DNA from: Lama guanicoe
Taxonomy: Eukaryota
NCBI GenBank assembly: GCA_013239625.1
Contig: MU054187.1
Span: 8,714,358-8,759,500, forward strand
Direction of reading: 5' to 3'
Length of the DNA stretch: 45,143 bases
The stretch's first letter is position 1; each line of letters begins with the position of its first letter. The notes under the pieces are model-generated. The model was not told where the DNA came from, ran no database searches, and was given only the letters and a program-made list of their open reading frames with translations. Of the stretch, positions 1 to 13,200 are shown one piece after another. The position numbers and the translations under genes are program-made.

Positions 1-1890
1 TCATTAAAGTATATGAATCCTTAATCTATTTTGGCAAAAAAGCACCAATACACATTTTTTCTTTTTATCATAAATTACAGTTCTGTGGCACTGTGCAAAT
101 ATTACCAAGCTGTAAGACAGCTGTGCTCCATTAAAATGTGTAATGGTCGCTGATTTCTTACAGCACATGGTCATCAGGCTGAATCTACAGCCAGTAATTA
201 GGAAGATGAAATGTTTAATTGTGCCTTAATTTTGATAAAATTTATCTGTCACACATCCCGCAGCCGAGCATTATGCTCACAAATCAATGTCATTGGGCCG
301 AGCAGGAACTCAAGCACCAGATTCTTGTTCCTGACAGATTCATTTGAATATGTAACTGCTTGTGATGAGCTACCAGGCCAAAGAAGAAAGTGAAAACTTG
401 CCCTGTGGCCTTGTTCCAGTGAGGTGTGTCCTGTTACTTCCTTTAAGGGAAAGCAAGGCTCAAAAGCAATTCCACTCTTAGCTCTTCACGGCCATGTCTA
501 CCTTTAGCTTGGATAGTGTAAAGAAAGACCACCCTTCAAGGTCTACCTTTTTCATCTTAAAATCTTTTAGTGCAGGGAGAAGAGATAGATGGAAGGAGTT
601 GTAGAGAGAAGAAGGAAGAGGAAGAGAGAAGAGAGAATTTAGTAACGTGCTCTGTAGCCCTAATTCCTCGTATCCTTTTCTAGGGGTAGATCGGTGAAAT
701 TGGCAAGAGTCATCGCATTTAACTGGGTCAGGCATTCAGTGACTCACAGATCATCAGAATGTTAGACATGAAGCTTGTTTTAGACACAGGGGAACGGAAG
801 GCCAGAGAGAGTGCCCAAAGACCAGAGCACCATCAGGAAGAGTTCAGATTACAACGATGCAATCACAGTTGAGATAACCTACATTTTACAGAAAGTTTTA
901 TAATCCTTCTGAGCAGTATTTACAAATCATAATGTTGAATACATTTTTTAAATGGCAAGAGATAATATTTTAAGCACAGGGAAGTGTAAGTGCAAATACC
1001 TGCCAATGCTGAAAATTAATTTGTGTCATGTTTTCCCCACAGAATGAATCAGTGATCAACTTTCTCACCCACAATAACGATGGCTCATTATCCAAGAGAA
1101 TTTAAAGAGCATATGTAGGAATGTACTTGACATTTTTATGTTACATAGCCCTGGAAGTGAAAACAATGGAGGGAGGTCATGGCAAAGACTGCGGGAAGGG
1201 GGTGTAAGGCAGGTGTGAAGAAAGATCAGGAACTTAAGATCTCAATGGACTGTTACTGAGGGCACAAAACAGCCCAGACCACTGGAAAACCATGAGTGTC
1301 CAAATGGAGGGCCCATTTTCCCAGGCCAGCAAGTTAGATTCTCAGTGTGGTCTTAAAATGTTCCTAATAGGCCAAAATTTTGCCCAAGGACACCAGTTAA
1401 GTGTTCTAAGGTCATTCATTCCTCACCCGGCAATTAATGAACCAGCTGAAGACTCACAGAGTATGCCAGCTTACTTTAAAGTAAAATATGTCTCAAGATC
1501 AGGAATAATTTTAGAAGAGTCTTCAGGAAGAGCCAAATGGCATTAAGCTATAGCCTGCTAACAAGAAGACTCATTAAAACACTTTTCTAAACTTAGCCAT
1601 GGAAATAAGTCCAAGCTAAAGATATCATAGTCCCCGTTCCCTTTGGTACTATTTTCATGGGCAGATATATTCAGGGACTGGATAAAAGGGTGGTATTCTA
1701 GTAAGATGGTTGTATTGCAGCCTACGAGAACACCACATAAGCTAAACAGAAGTAGGAATGGCTTGGGGGTAACAAATGGCAGGGAGAACAATACTAGATG
1801 ACTGGCATTTTGCAACTTTACGACAAACTGCTTTCGCACCCATTGTCTCATTTGGGGCTCAGGTTAAATCTATCCCATGAATACCCAAGA

Positions 1891-2063
1891 AAAAACAAGT
1901 TTCCTCTGTATAGCACAGGGAACTATATTCAATATCTTGTAGTAACCTACAATGACAAAGAATGTGAAAAGGAATGTATGTATGTATGTGCATGACTGAA
2001 ACACACTGTACACTAGAAATTGACACATTATAAACTGACTAGACTTCAATAAAAAAGAAAAAA
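1891..2063 (+). mobile_element. L1 3' UTR terminal fragment with A-rich tail
   Basis: TGTATAGCACAGGGAACTATATTCAATATCTTGTAGTAACC...ACTTCAATAAAAAAG matches the laurasiatherian/artiodactyl L1 3' end. A closely similar copy lies at ~38.0 kb. Confidence 0.85.
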
Positions 2064-2664
2064 GATTAAAACCAGTGTGTCAGGTACCAGTGATTGGCTC
2101 ACTCACCATATATTCTAGTGGGTCTCTGATGCCAGAAACACTATTTCCCAGACTCCTTTGTTGAAGCGAGGGTTCCACGTATGCTTCAGGTACTGCCATC
2201 CAGGGGCACGTATGTGAGGGCTGAGCTGCATGCAGAGGGAGGAGGGGTGCAGGGCGTCCATTTGCAGGGCACCAGACTGGGACAGAAGCAGCAGGATTTT
2301 TGGAGCCAGCAGTCATGGCGGCGACTCCCTGATTTGTCCAGCACGTCTCTAATTCAGCAGCTTCCCATTCAGGGCAGAGGTGACTTCCCGGTTCGCCGCG
2401 TGGCAGGGGCAGCAGAGGTGCCTTTCTACGCGGTTTGGGGGACTTCCTTCCCTTCCATCTCAGTTAGCTGGAGTGAATTCCGTGGCTGACACAAAGAGCC
2501 GCCACCAATATGCCTGAGTTGTATCATCCCAACCCAGTGTTCTTTCACCACTTGTCACCACAAGGTGGAGAGTAATACAAATTACGTATCCGGTTTAGAA
2601 CTCGGGAAGACATAATGGTTTTTGAAAACTCTGTTTAAATGGCTTTATTATGGTATAATAGAGA

Positions 2665-2830
2665 CAGCAATAGACCAATTAAGCAGGAGAACTGGATTCT
2701 AGTTCCAGGTATGCTGTGAGTCCAATCAATATTCCACTGGCATAATGTCCTCATCTTAAAAACAGCACATATACAGTCAAATCAGTGATTTCTTTAGGCA
2801 CTCCCCTCCCAATATTCTGAGACTCTACAA
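2665..2830 (+). mobile_element. Degenerate MIR (MIRc/MIR3-like) SINE
   Basis: GGAGAACTGGATTCTAGTTCC...TCCTCATCTTAAAA...ATTCTGAGACTCTA resembles the MIR core and 3' end. Confidence 0.5.
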
Positions 2831-3282
2831 GGATTATTTTAAAGTACATTTATAGATTTAGCTACCTACCCAAGCAATAAACAATAAGTGCTTTCACTGG
2901 AAGTACAGCGCCATTTAGCTATGGGCGGTTCCAGGTGTAGCTGCAGTGCCCTCATGTAAAAATAGTTTCTTTGTCAGAGTTTTTGGGACTGATTATGATG
3001 TGCAGTGTTTTCAGAGGGACAGTGACACGCATCTGTTCCATCTTGACCACCCCATCTGGACAGAACCACAACTTCATATGCCAGTGTATGATGGGATCCA
3101 TATGATCCCACCCCCAAAATAAAGTCATGTACAGGTTTATGTTTTTAGAATATCAACATTGCTAAATGAGGAACTTTCCCCATTTTCTTACTATACCTCC
3201 CACTCCACGGAATGTGCATGTGTCAAAAGTTGCCATGTTAGAAAAGTTAGTGAAATTAGGAAACTTGTGGCTAGGTGAAACT

Positions 3283-3700
3283 TCATTCATTCCATCAGCA
3301 CACAGTTATTGAACAAGCCTTTACTTACTTCACCCACATTTAGTGAACTCCCACTCTGGGCCAGGTAGAACTCCAGGTGTCACCGTCTGAAGGACACAGT
3401 CCCTCCTCTTACGTGCACACAACCTAGAGGGAAAGATAGACCAGTTAATAAGTACATGCTTCTCAGGACGATGACTGATTGGATGGCAGCAGGGGCTGGT
3501 GAGTGGAGCTCATGCAGGAGGGGTTTATAGAGGCTTCCCCAGACAGGGATGCCCCAGCTGTGTTCTGAAGGCTAAGAAAGTGCCTTCAGTGAAGGAGAGA
3601 GTTGATAGAGCTTTTCAGAGACTCGGGGCCAGCCTCCGAAAGACAGAGAGAGACATTACAGAGGCTGTGGCATATTTGGAACACATGTCAGTCTAAGCGG
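3283..3700 (-). mobile_element. L2 LINE 3' fragment
   Basis: TTCATTCATTC...TTATTGA tail followed by GACACAGTCCCTCCTC...AACCTAGAGGGAAAGATAGA, typical of the antisense L2 3' end. Confidence 0.6.
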
Positions 3701-4710
3701 GAATGTAAAATTGAGTAGATATATGTTTCCTGTGTTTAGCATTTTTATCTTCTACGAACAAAAAAGCTAACAGAAGGCAATATTCATTTCTTTTGCTGTT
3801 TTCTGAGGTGTGAAGGGTACACTGACCAAACTAACTCGCCAGTCTCCAACCCTTTGACCTTTCACAATCTTCCACAATCCCACCCCTAAGGATGTGTTGA
3901 AGATGACAACTTGAGAAAAATTTGCATTTCCTGTGAAAATATAAGTTAGCATGTTTTTATTAAAATTATTTAATTCTTTAAAACACAAAGAGGTGTCTCG
4001 TTCATTATTTATATTTACTTGATGGAAAACGTGAGTCCAACCATTCTAGAGAAATCATTTTAAAAATCTTGAGATTTATGACTATTACTTGAGACTACGG
4101 AAATCTGAGGTGTGCCTAACTAACCCTGAGCGCTAGCTGAAGTGAGTGACGGGACCGGCTGGCCTAGGGCTCAATGAATAGCGTCCCACTTCTCCCTTAA
4201 GAATAAATGCCAGTGATAGAATATGGTGGCAAACATTACATAAAATAATCTAAGTTCATAAATCAGTACTAAACACATTAATCAACAAATATTTTTGATC
4301 AGAGGACACATTATGGTCTTTTCACTTTCTTGGGACAGTCCTGATAATCTCCAGTCCTCATTTTCTCTACCCACTTCATTGATGAAGGGGAATAATGTCT
4401 TGGGAAAGAGATAGCCTCTAAATTGTCCTTATTACAAAGACAAAGAATTTACCAGTCTACCCTGGGTACTAAAACGACTGCTGCTCAGTGAAGATGGATA
4501 CGTAATGACACCAGGTATTACGAACACTTGTGCACATATGTAGAAATAATGTATGATGTAATAAAGATGTGCTTTTTTAAGCATCCACAACTGATAATCT
4601 GGAATTAGAGGTGAAATAGACTTGACAAGCACATAAAGATGGAAAAGATGAGTAAAAGAATAAAATAAAATAAAAGTTTTAAAAAATCCATTTTTATTTC
4701 AGAACTCAAT

Positions 4711-4764
4711 GATGTATCTTTGGACGTATCAACTAGAGATATATCTTGGGACCTATCAACCAGA
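4711..4764. repeat. 27-bp tandem duplication (2 copies)
   Basis: GATGTATCTTTGGACGTATCAACTAGA / GATATATCTTGGGACCTATCAACCAGA, 4 mismatches. Confidence 0.85.
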
Positions 4765-5444
4765 GAGGAAAATACAAGTTAAGTCCCTCTTCCACAGGTC
4801 ATCCTGACTGTTTCCTCTTAATAGTTCTGTTATTACAAAACATGCTGTCAGGATTTACACGCTCAATTAATGGGTTTTATTCATACAACAGAGCCTATTT
4901 CTTCTTGTGTGCACGGAAATGACTTAGCAAGTGGAAATGGTTCAAAATTAATAAGGGAAAGACAATATTAGAAACTCTCCAGCACTGCTCCTTCCTCCTC
5001 CTCATTCTTGCATCTTACTATATAAGGCTATGTCAGTCGGAAGTCAAGAGTGTTCCAAGGGTGCCGATGCCATGGGTGGGATGTTTGTGGTGAGGAGGGA
5101 TAAAGAGGTTGAAGAATGTTGGTTCCTTTGCCACAGAATGAACCTTTGAACTCAAGTCTCTTTCACTTAGAAAGCAAATAGCACTAAGACAAGTCGGTTA
5201 GCCAAAGTGACATTTAAGCAGTGCCTGAGGCCAGTTCTTGGGGCAGCGTGTTATTTGCTTCCAGAATTCATGTTTTCAACCCAGCAGTGGATGCAGGAGT
5301 CTGCTGAGACAGGTGGCTGAAACACTGGACTATGGACACCACCCATGGAAGGGTAGGACTGACCACAGCGATACATCCAGGTAAGTCTTCGCCTATGTCA
5401 AAGGTGGGACCAGGGGACCCCCTCCACCTCCTATACTTCTCTAG

Positions 5445-6205
5445 CTCAGTATTTAAGTTTATTCAAAGATGTGTGAAACCACAACCATGGTCAATTTTAG
5501 AGTTTTCATCACCTCAAAAAGAACTTGACTCTTCAGCTATCAGCCCACAGAACTCTGCAAATCTCAACCCCACCCCTAAGCAACCATTGATCTACTTTCT
5601 GTTTTTATAGATTTCCCTGTTTTGGACATTTACTATGAATGAAATCATATAACACATGGTGTTTTGTGACTGGCTTCTTTCTATTAGTATAACGTTACAT
5701 ATCGTAACGTGTATCAGCATCTCATTCCTTTTAAGGCAAATAATATTCCCTTTATGTATGTATCACATTTTGTTTATCCAGTTGATGGATATTTGGCTTC
5801 TTTCCACCGTTTGGCTGTTGTGAATAGTGCTGTTGTAAACATTCACGCACAGGAATTTGTGTAGATAAATGCCTTCATTTGTGTAGATATATTTTCATCT
5901 CTCTTGGTTATATACCTAGGAGTGAGATGGCTGGGTCATATGGCAATTCTATGCTTAATTGTTTGAGCAGCTGCCGGACTGTTTTCCAAAGTTGTTGCAC
6001 CATTTCATATTCCTACCAGCAGCGTATGACAGTTCTGACACCCGACGTCCTTACCAATAACTGTTATCTGGCTTTTTGACTTTGTGATTCTAGTGCATAT
6101 GAAATAATACCTTATTATGGTTTTGATTTGGCTTTTCCTGATGACTAATAATTTTGAGCATCTTTTCGTGTGCTTATTGGCCATTCGTATATCTTCCTGA
6201 GATAC
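5445..6205 (-). mobile_element. L1MB/L1MC-type LINE-1 3' end
   Basis: TTTTGTGACTGGCTTCTTTC, ATACCTAGGAGTGAGATGGCTGGGTCATATGG, GAGCATCTTTTCGTGTGCTTATTGGCCATT: antisense L1 ORF2 end and 3' UTR. Confidence 0.9.
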
Positions 6206-6499
6206 ATTTACAGATGTAATTCAATTGATAAATTTTAACATGTAAATATTATTCTGTGCCCTCAAGGGAAACTAAGAATATAAAGATTGTAAACACAATA
6301 TATTACAGGGCAAAATTACTATATAAATACCAAGTTTTGCAAGCTAGGGAGACATGACTTTCCTATGTTCAACTATACATAAAATATTTATAAATATTGA
6401 TTTGTGTTTTAAATCCCCCCAAATTATAAAAGCAGAACTTTTATATTATACTTACTGAAATAATTCAACAAAATAAACACTACAAATTTTCAATATCCT

Positions 6500-7170
6500 T
6501 AAAAGTTTTAACTGTCTTTTAAATAAAATGTATCAAAAAAGAAGCAAAACACATTCTTAAACACAAAAAAGAAAATTCAAAGTTAAATTGTTGGAATGGG
6601 TCGAAGCTGCCCATAAAGGTACATTCATATCTTTAAATCCTTTCATTGGCCACAAATGAGAAGGTAAATTCAAATTTTACTGAACATTTAAGCTAAAAGC
6701 AATAACAAAGTCTCTAAGGAAAAAATGGCAAAAATAATTAGAAAACAAATTAAACAATGAAATTATTATTATTATCAAACTACTTGTTTAAAATTCAGAA
6801 CTAATAAGTTACATAAATCTCTGTTAAATCTAAACAAGAAAAAAAAAACCTACACGTGAGAAATTGCACAGCATATCAAAAGTAAAACTTTTTATTACAG
6901 GGGAATACACCATTGCACGTTAGTAATGTCAAAAACTTCTAGAAAACACACAACTTTCCAAAACAAGTAACTTAAATGGAAACAAAACATACAAAACAAG
7001 TATATGAAGAATAAAGAAAGTCACCAATAAGTGACCTTCATAAAACGTCTCCTGCTTCTAGTGTATATACGTTTGAATTTTGTTACGATTTAAAGAGATC
7101 ATTCTCATTTAACAAAAAGAAATGATCAACTCTATAACTTATATAAAGCAAAAAATTCTGACTCCAATGG
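6500..7170 (+). mobile_element. Highly decayed L1 (L1ME-like) ORF2 fragment
   Basis: A-rich. ~6588-6640 translates LLEWVEAAHKGTFISLN, resembling the L1 ORF2 LWDxAKAVLRGKFIALN motif. Boundaries approximate. Confidence 0.55.
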
Positions 7171-7394
7171 ATAAGTAATACATACTTTACTTTCTTTACC
7201 TGAGAAATTAAGTTTCATGAAAACAGCCATTTGCAGTTGAAAAATTCAACACCAAAAAAGAAAAAAAAATGAAATCAGAAGGAATAAGGTCTACACTGAG
7301 CAAACCTATGACTGTCCTTATAACTATTTCTGGATTTTTTAATACTTAAATAATAAAGATAGTGCAACAAAGATAGTAAATATACTTACAATTA

Positions 7395-7455
7395 AAAAGT
7401 GATAGAATTGGGATTTGAACCCAGGCAGTCTGGCTCTAGAATCTATGCTGCTAAG
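7395..7455 (-). mobile_element. MIR fragment
   Basis: GGGATTTGAACCCAGGCAGTCTGGCTCTAGA is the reverse complement of the MIR head. Confidence 0.75.
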
Positions 7456-7681
7456 CAGAGCTCAAACAACTTTCTCTGTAAAGAATCAGAGAAATAAATA
7501 TTTTAGGTTTTGTATACCATATGGTCTCTGCTGCAATTACTCGGCCGTGCAGCTGTAGGATAAAAACAGCCACAGACAAGACATAAACAAGTGGGCGTGG
7601 CTCTTTTCCAATAAAACTTTATTAAACAAAACCAGGCTGTGGGACCAATTTAGCCCACAGGCTACAGATTGCTAAAGGCTG
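7456..7681 (+). mobile_element. MER58A hAT-Charlie non-autonomous DNA transposon
   Basis: CTGTAAAG...AAATATTTTAGG...TGGTCTCTG...CAGCCACAGACAA...GGGCGTGGCT...CCAATAAAACTTTATT is colinear with the MER58A consensus over ~225 bp. Confidence 0.9.
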
Positions 7682-8775
7682 CTTTTAATACCTACACCAC
7701 GTTGTGCTGATCGAAGTAGCAGAAGAGAAGGAGCCACAGACATAACTCTATTCCAAGGAAGTTACAGAAGTGAGGATTGGAATATTCATTGAAATCCCAG
7801 AGAGAAATCTTAGTTCAGTCAATAGAGTAGGTCAGAAGGCAGAATTAAGAAGTGGAGTTTAAAAAATTGACTTGATAGAAGATATAGTGATGAATCATTA
7901 TTTTAGTTGCCCTCCATTCCTTGACTTTCATACACAGAACATGGGAAACCAGAGTGGTAGACTCTTAAAAAATAGAACAAAGTATCTGGAGAAAGCAAGG
8001 GCTCTGAGTGTGGTGCCTCATTGTTCTGCCATTTGGGCGACCTTCAGCTTGACAAATGGCTTCCCATCCACTTGCCCTGTAATAAAGTCTAACAGGCAAC
8101 ATGCACAACAGCATTCCTTTTGGAGCTCCAAACCAGAATTCCCATTCAGGAATTTCTGAAGGAAAAACACTCTGGCGGGAAAACATACTGGAGGAAACAG
8201 TTTTACCTACACAAGAATCAAGGAAATACGTATCCGCATTATGCTTCTTACCATAAATATGAAAGATAGCTAAAGCAGGCAGAAACTAGCAGAATAAGAA
8301 AGACCAAAATTCAAACAAACACAAAAAAATTATACCATGGGGGAAATAGAAGTAAATCAAAGAAGGGAAGATATTTCATATGTAAAACAAAGCATTTAAA
8401 AAGGAATAGAGAACAAGAAAAATAATGTTCTTGAAATAAAAAATTTAATATATGGATCAGAAGAAAATATAAAAACAAAACAACAACAAAAAACTTTTCT
8501 GTAATGTTGAGTATAAGGCAAGAAAATATGAGAAGAAAAATAATAACTCATAACTCATCAAAGCTCAATCCAGGAGTTCCAATATTGATAATCCAGTATC
8601 AGAAGATCCAGATACAAAGAAAAGAGCAAAGATAAAAGAGGACATTATTACTGAATATAAAAATATTGCCTAAAACTGAAAAGCATTAATCTTCAGAAAA
8701 AGGTGCTGCTAAGCTGAGTGCAAAATGTCCCATGCATCTTCATAAAATTTTTAAATGCCAAAGTTATAAAGGATA

Positions 8776-9040
8776 GCAGCAATGATTGCAGCTAACATTC
8801 ATTGAGCATTAACCATACCAGCTACTTTTCTAAACACTTCACAAATATTAACTCGTTTAATGCTCCTAACAACCCTTTCAGGTAAATAGCATTATCTCAT
8901 TATCTCTTATTTACAGATGAAGAAAGTGAAACACAAAGACCTTAAGTATCTTGCCCAAGATCATACTGGGGGTTAGTGATGGAGTTAGGATGCAAACCTA
9001 AAGCAGTTTGATTCTGGAGCCCAAACTCTTGGCCACTGAG
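8776..9040 (-). mobile_element. Near full-length MIR SINE
   Basis: GCAGCTAACATTCATTGAGCA...TTTACAGATGAAGAAAGTGA...CTTGCCCAAGATCA...GATTCTGGAGCCCA. Confidence 0.9.
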
Positions 9041-9174
9041 TCCCGAAAAGAAACAACAGGTCCCTCTCAAAGGAATAAGAATCATAGTTGCATCAAATTC
9101 CTCATGGTCACTGGCTTTTTAAAGACAGTACTGATGGTAGTATAACTTCAATGTCCTAAGGGAAAATTATTATT

Positions 9175-10209
9175 TTATTAAAGTATAGTTGACTTACAGT
9201 GTTATATTAGTTTTCGGTGTACAACATAGTGACTCAACATTTTTATAGTTTATACTCCATTTAAATCTATTATAGAATATTGGCCTTATTACGTGTGCTG
9301 TACAATATATCCTTGTATCTTAGTTCTTTAATACATAGTAGTTTGTTCTTCTTAATTCAATATCCTTATCTAGCCCCTCCCTGATCCCTCACCCCACTGA
9401 TAACCACTAGTTTCTTCTCTCTATCTGTCAGTCTATTTCTGTTTTGTTACCTTCATTAGTTTGTTTTATTTTCTGGATTTCACACAGAAGTAAAAACATA
9501 CAGTATTTGTCTTTCTTTGTCTGACTTACTTCACTAAACATAATACTCTCCATACATGTTGCAAATGGCAAATTTTCATTCTTTTTTATGGATGACTACT
9601 ATTCCACTGTGTGTGTGTGTTTTGTATCACACATCTTTATTCATTCATCTGTTGATGGACACTTAGGTTGCTTCCAAATCTTGGCTATTAAACATAATGC
9701 TGTTATGAACATTGGGGGTCTATGTTTCTTTTCAAATTTTTATTTTTAGTTTCTTTGAATAGATATACCCAGGAGTGGAATTACTGGATCTTATAGTATT
9801 TCTATTTTTAGTTTTTTGAGGAACCTCGATACTGTTCTTCATAGTGGCTGCATCAATTTACATTCCCACCAACAGTGTACTCCAGTTCCCTTTTCTCCAC
9901 ATCCTTGCCAACATTTGTTATTTGTTGTCTTTTTGATGATAGCCATTCTGACAGGTGTGAGGTGATATCTCGTTGAGGTTTTGATTTGCATTTCCCTGAT
10001 GAACAGCAATGTTGAGCATCTTTTCATGTGCCTTTTGGCCATCTGTATGTCTTCTTTGCAAAAATGTTTATTCAGGTCTTCTGCCTGTGTTTTAATTGGG
10101 TTGTTTTTTGATATTGAGTTGTATGAGCTGTGTATCTATTTGGGATATTAACCCTTTATCAGATGTATCATTTGCAAATGTTTTTCCCATTTAGTAGATT
10201 TTCTTCTCA
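9175..10209 (-). mobile_element. 5'-truncated L1 (L1MA9-like): ORF2 C-terminus plus 3' UTR
   Basis: ORF 9839-10042 ([36 protein letters not shown]...HCWWECKL) is the L1 ORF2 Cys-rich C-terminus. Flanked by near-identical TSD AAGGGAAAATTATTATTTT (9158) / AAGAGAAAATTATTCTTTT (10210). Confidence 0.95.
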
Positions 10210-11954
10210 AAGAGAAAATTATTCTTTTCCTTTTGTAAAATTATTTTTTTATTGTAGAAATCTGTCTACTCAGCTAAACTATCACCATTTCTGATAAAAG
10301 AGTGTTATTTTAAAACATAAAAAAGACACAGAAATTTTCCTCTCATACATATCCTTTAAGGAAGTTATTTAAGGGTATTCTCCAGAAAAGCAAAAACAAC
10401 AAAACAAAGAAACCATTTATGGAAAAGAGTGGATTCAACTCAGGAGATCCAGTCCAGGATTTAACACAACATCCCAATACTGTGCAGGTCAACAGAGCAA
10501 CCAGGTCATTGCAGAGCAAGATGGTTTTGAGGAACAAATATCTAGGGAAAAAAAGTACATGATTCAGAGGCAGCATGACCGAGAGCATGGAAAAACTTGA
10601 GTATATTACAAAGATATTTTATTATAGAAAAAAGTTAGAAAGATTGAAGAACAAATAAACAAAAAATCTATACACAAAAGCTACGATTCAAATGTAAAGC
10701 AAATCAGAATGTGGCATAATTTAAAGCAGGTGATAAAATGTGAAAAAATTCTATCAATTTTACCAATGATAGGATCTGTCTCCTTACAATGGACACTGGC
10801 TCAGTTTACATGAGCAAGAATTGATATGCTGACCAAAGCTGATAAAAAATAAAATTAAGTGATATTATTTAAATTTGCAAAGGTAATCAACTGAAGAACT
10901 AAAAGTAATAATTTAATTGTCCGAAGTTGGAAGGATGAGGCAAAAGAGAAGATGAAAGAAGAGGAATTTATCATGATAAGAGGAAATAAATACTTTCTAA
11001 AAGCAAGTAATCAATGAAAAGAAAAATTTTTCAGAATTATGAAAATAATTTTTAAAGGCATGGGGAGTAAAACTGATGATTGGGATTGGGGAACAATTTA
11101 TTTTCCCTCCTGATATTTCTTTAATTGAGAAGGACCAAATTAGTGGAACATTTCTCCTTCTCTCCACCCTGGACTGAAACAAATTTCATTTGTGCTATAT
11201 TATAGAGACAAATGAAGAAATGTTTAAAGTTCCCAAATCCTGATCTTTATTCCTTCATTCCAATGAGACCGAAATTTCAAACCAGGTGTTTCCTGAGTGC
11301 ACTGGATTATGATACCAAAGATCTAACAATTCTTGCTTAGAAAGTGGAGTGTGAACACCTCTCAGAATCTGAAAAACACAAAGAGGGTCTTGGACCTGGG
11401 GTCAATGAGGATATGGGACGATGAGAGATATACAGACTTGGGCAGAAAATCTGTTGTCACATTTCCCACACTTCAATTGCTAATAAAAACTTGGTAATGA
11501 AGGAAGAAGTCTTTTCTGGCAACACTTACGACTGGGTAATGACCCATACTGGGGAGATAAATCCAGTACGCAGCCATGCTTAAGTAAGAGAAATTCTTAT
11601 TACCTCATTTGTCTACTAATAAGTGTGTCTTTAGAGGGTCCTTTAAATATTATTGATACGGTGAGTGATAAAAGAAGACTTATTGCCTGAAAACACTGAG
11701 TAAGTTACCTTCATCACAGCACATGCACTAGAGGCTCCTCAGTTTGCATGGAAGGTAGAGTCGAGAGTCAGAAAAGTCTGCTTTTATTAAGAAGAAGAAG
11801 AATCATGCCCTTGATCTTTTTTTAAAACTTAGCATTATTAAATGATTTTAGCTGCCTTTTTTCATGTGGTTGTGACATCAACTTCAAAAGCTAATTTAAT
11901 ACATTTCACATCTGTTCTACCTTTGACTTTGAGGAACAATCTACCTTGACTTAG

Positions 11955-12205
11955 AATTTATTTGTTATTGATCACATGTTCACTAAATTCTAATACATAT
12001 CATGCAGAATGCTGGACATTGGAGACTCAGCTGGAAACAATTCAAACAAAAGCCCTGCCCTGGTGGTGTTTTCATCACAGCCCTGCCAGTGTGACTAATG
12101 TCCCTCCTCCCAAATTGAAACTCCAGCATCTTTTCATCTTCTGTATCCTGTTTGGTGCTACTCAAGGCCTTGAACATAGAAGCTTGCCAAATATTTACTA
12201 TGTAG
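11955..12205. mobile_element. Two short L2 3' fragments in opposite orientation
   Basis: First (minus) ends AAAAGCCCTGCCCTGGTGG. Second (plus) ends CCTTGAACATAGAAGCTTGCCAAATATTTACT. Confidence 0.45.
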
Positions 12206-12240
12206 AATTTCAGTTTTCCACTTCACATTACATAGTTGAT

Positions 12241-12690
12241 TGTGTCCTGGCATTCTTCCTACGCTAGTGACTGAGGAGAGGGGACGTGGCAGGGATTTAC
12301 TCTTCTGCTGGGACACACAGCTAGACTACATTTCCCAGCCCCCTTTGCAGTTATGATCACATGACTAGCTTCTAGCCAATAACATATGAGAAGTGACTCA
12401 CTAGAAATGTGCCACCTCCAAGCCTGGTGATAAAAAATCCTCTCATTAGAGAACTTCTGTGCTATTGGATGTGGAGACCCACAAAGTTATCGAAAGTCAG
12501 CAGAGCCCTTGTCAAATGAGGTCATAAAATTGCCATGTGGAGTAGAGCTCCCCTACTCACTTGGGTCTGTCTTGGACTCTTCATAGAAATGAGAGATAAA
12601 ATTCTGTTGTGCGTATGCCATTAGTGGGTTTTTTTGTTTGTTTGTTTGTTTTTGTATTTTTTAGGACAGCAAGCTTATCCAAATCAATCA
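12241..12690 (+). mobile_element. MaLR solo LTR (MLT1I/J-like)
   Basis: CACACAGCTAGACTACATTTCCCAGCCCCCTTTGCAGTTA...CACATGACT...TCTAGCCAAT...GAGAGATAAAATTCTGTTGTG are MLT1 hallmarks. Confidence 0.85.
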
Positions 12691-13200
12691 ACGTCTTTGC
12701 ACCTTGTACCGAGAACGGTTTAGGAAGCTAAATGATAGACTGAAAGTCTCCTCCCTTTTGTGCCATAAACCGCCCCTATCTGCAGTCAGTAGATGACTGC
12801 TTTTGCTCAATAACCCCAGACACCATGAAATCACAGGCTTCACTCTCATTTAGATGTTTATAGTCAATCAAGTCCGTGATAGCAAAAGTGAATGATCATC
12901 TATAGAAATTTTTTCTGTATTCAAGAATTCATAGCTGAGGAAAAATTGAACACATTTAACTTTTCCCAACTGTTATAGGCTCACTGTTGAAGTTCAAGTT
13001 TGTCTAGACCTAACCTGCACAGTTGTCAAAATTTATCAACCAGCCTATTTTGCTTTTCTCTTTACCTCCAGTTCTTCTCTTCAGCTTCTACTAATTTGCC
13101 TCAAAAGACTGGGAAGATGCCTTTCAAAGTCCCTTTCACCCTGTATTCAAAAAACTATTAATTACATTTTGATAGAAGTAAAAATAAAGCTGACATTATC

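Larger units (their letters stand above)
8240..11040 (+). mobile_element. HAL1 / ancient L1 ORF1-like element, interrupted by a MIR and a younger L1
   Basis: AATCCAGGAGTTCCAATAT, AAAGGAATAAGAATCATAGTTGCATCAAATTCCTCA, CAGCTAAACTATCA and AGAGCAACCAGGTC are HAL1/ORF1-type motifs in the expected order. Ends approximate. Confidence 0.6.

Noticed and set aside
4711..4764. CRISPR-like or array repeat
   Set aside because: Only two adjacent units with no spacer, in a mammalian context; a simple local duplication.
5692..5710. Hairpin ACGTTAC/GTAACGT
   Set aside because: 7-bp stem inside an old L1; expected by chance.
9839..10042. ORF as a host CDS
   Set aside because: It is a fragment of L1 ORF2 in a truncated, decayed copy.
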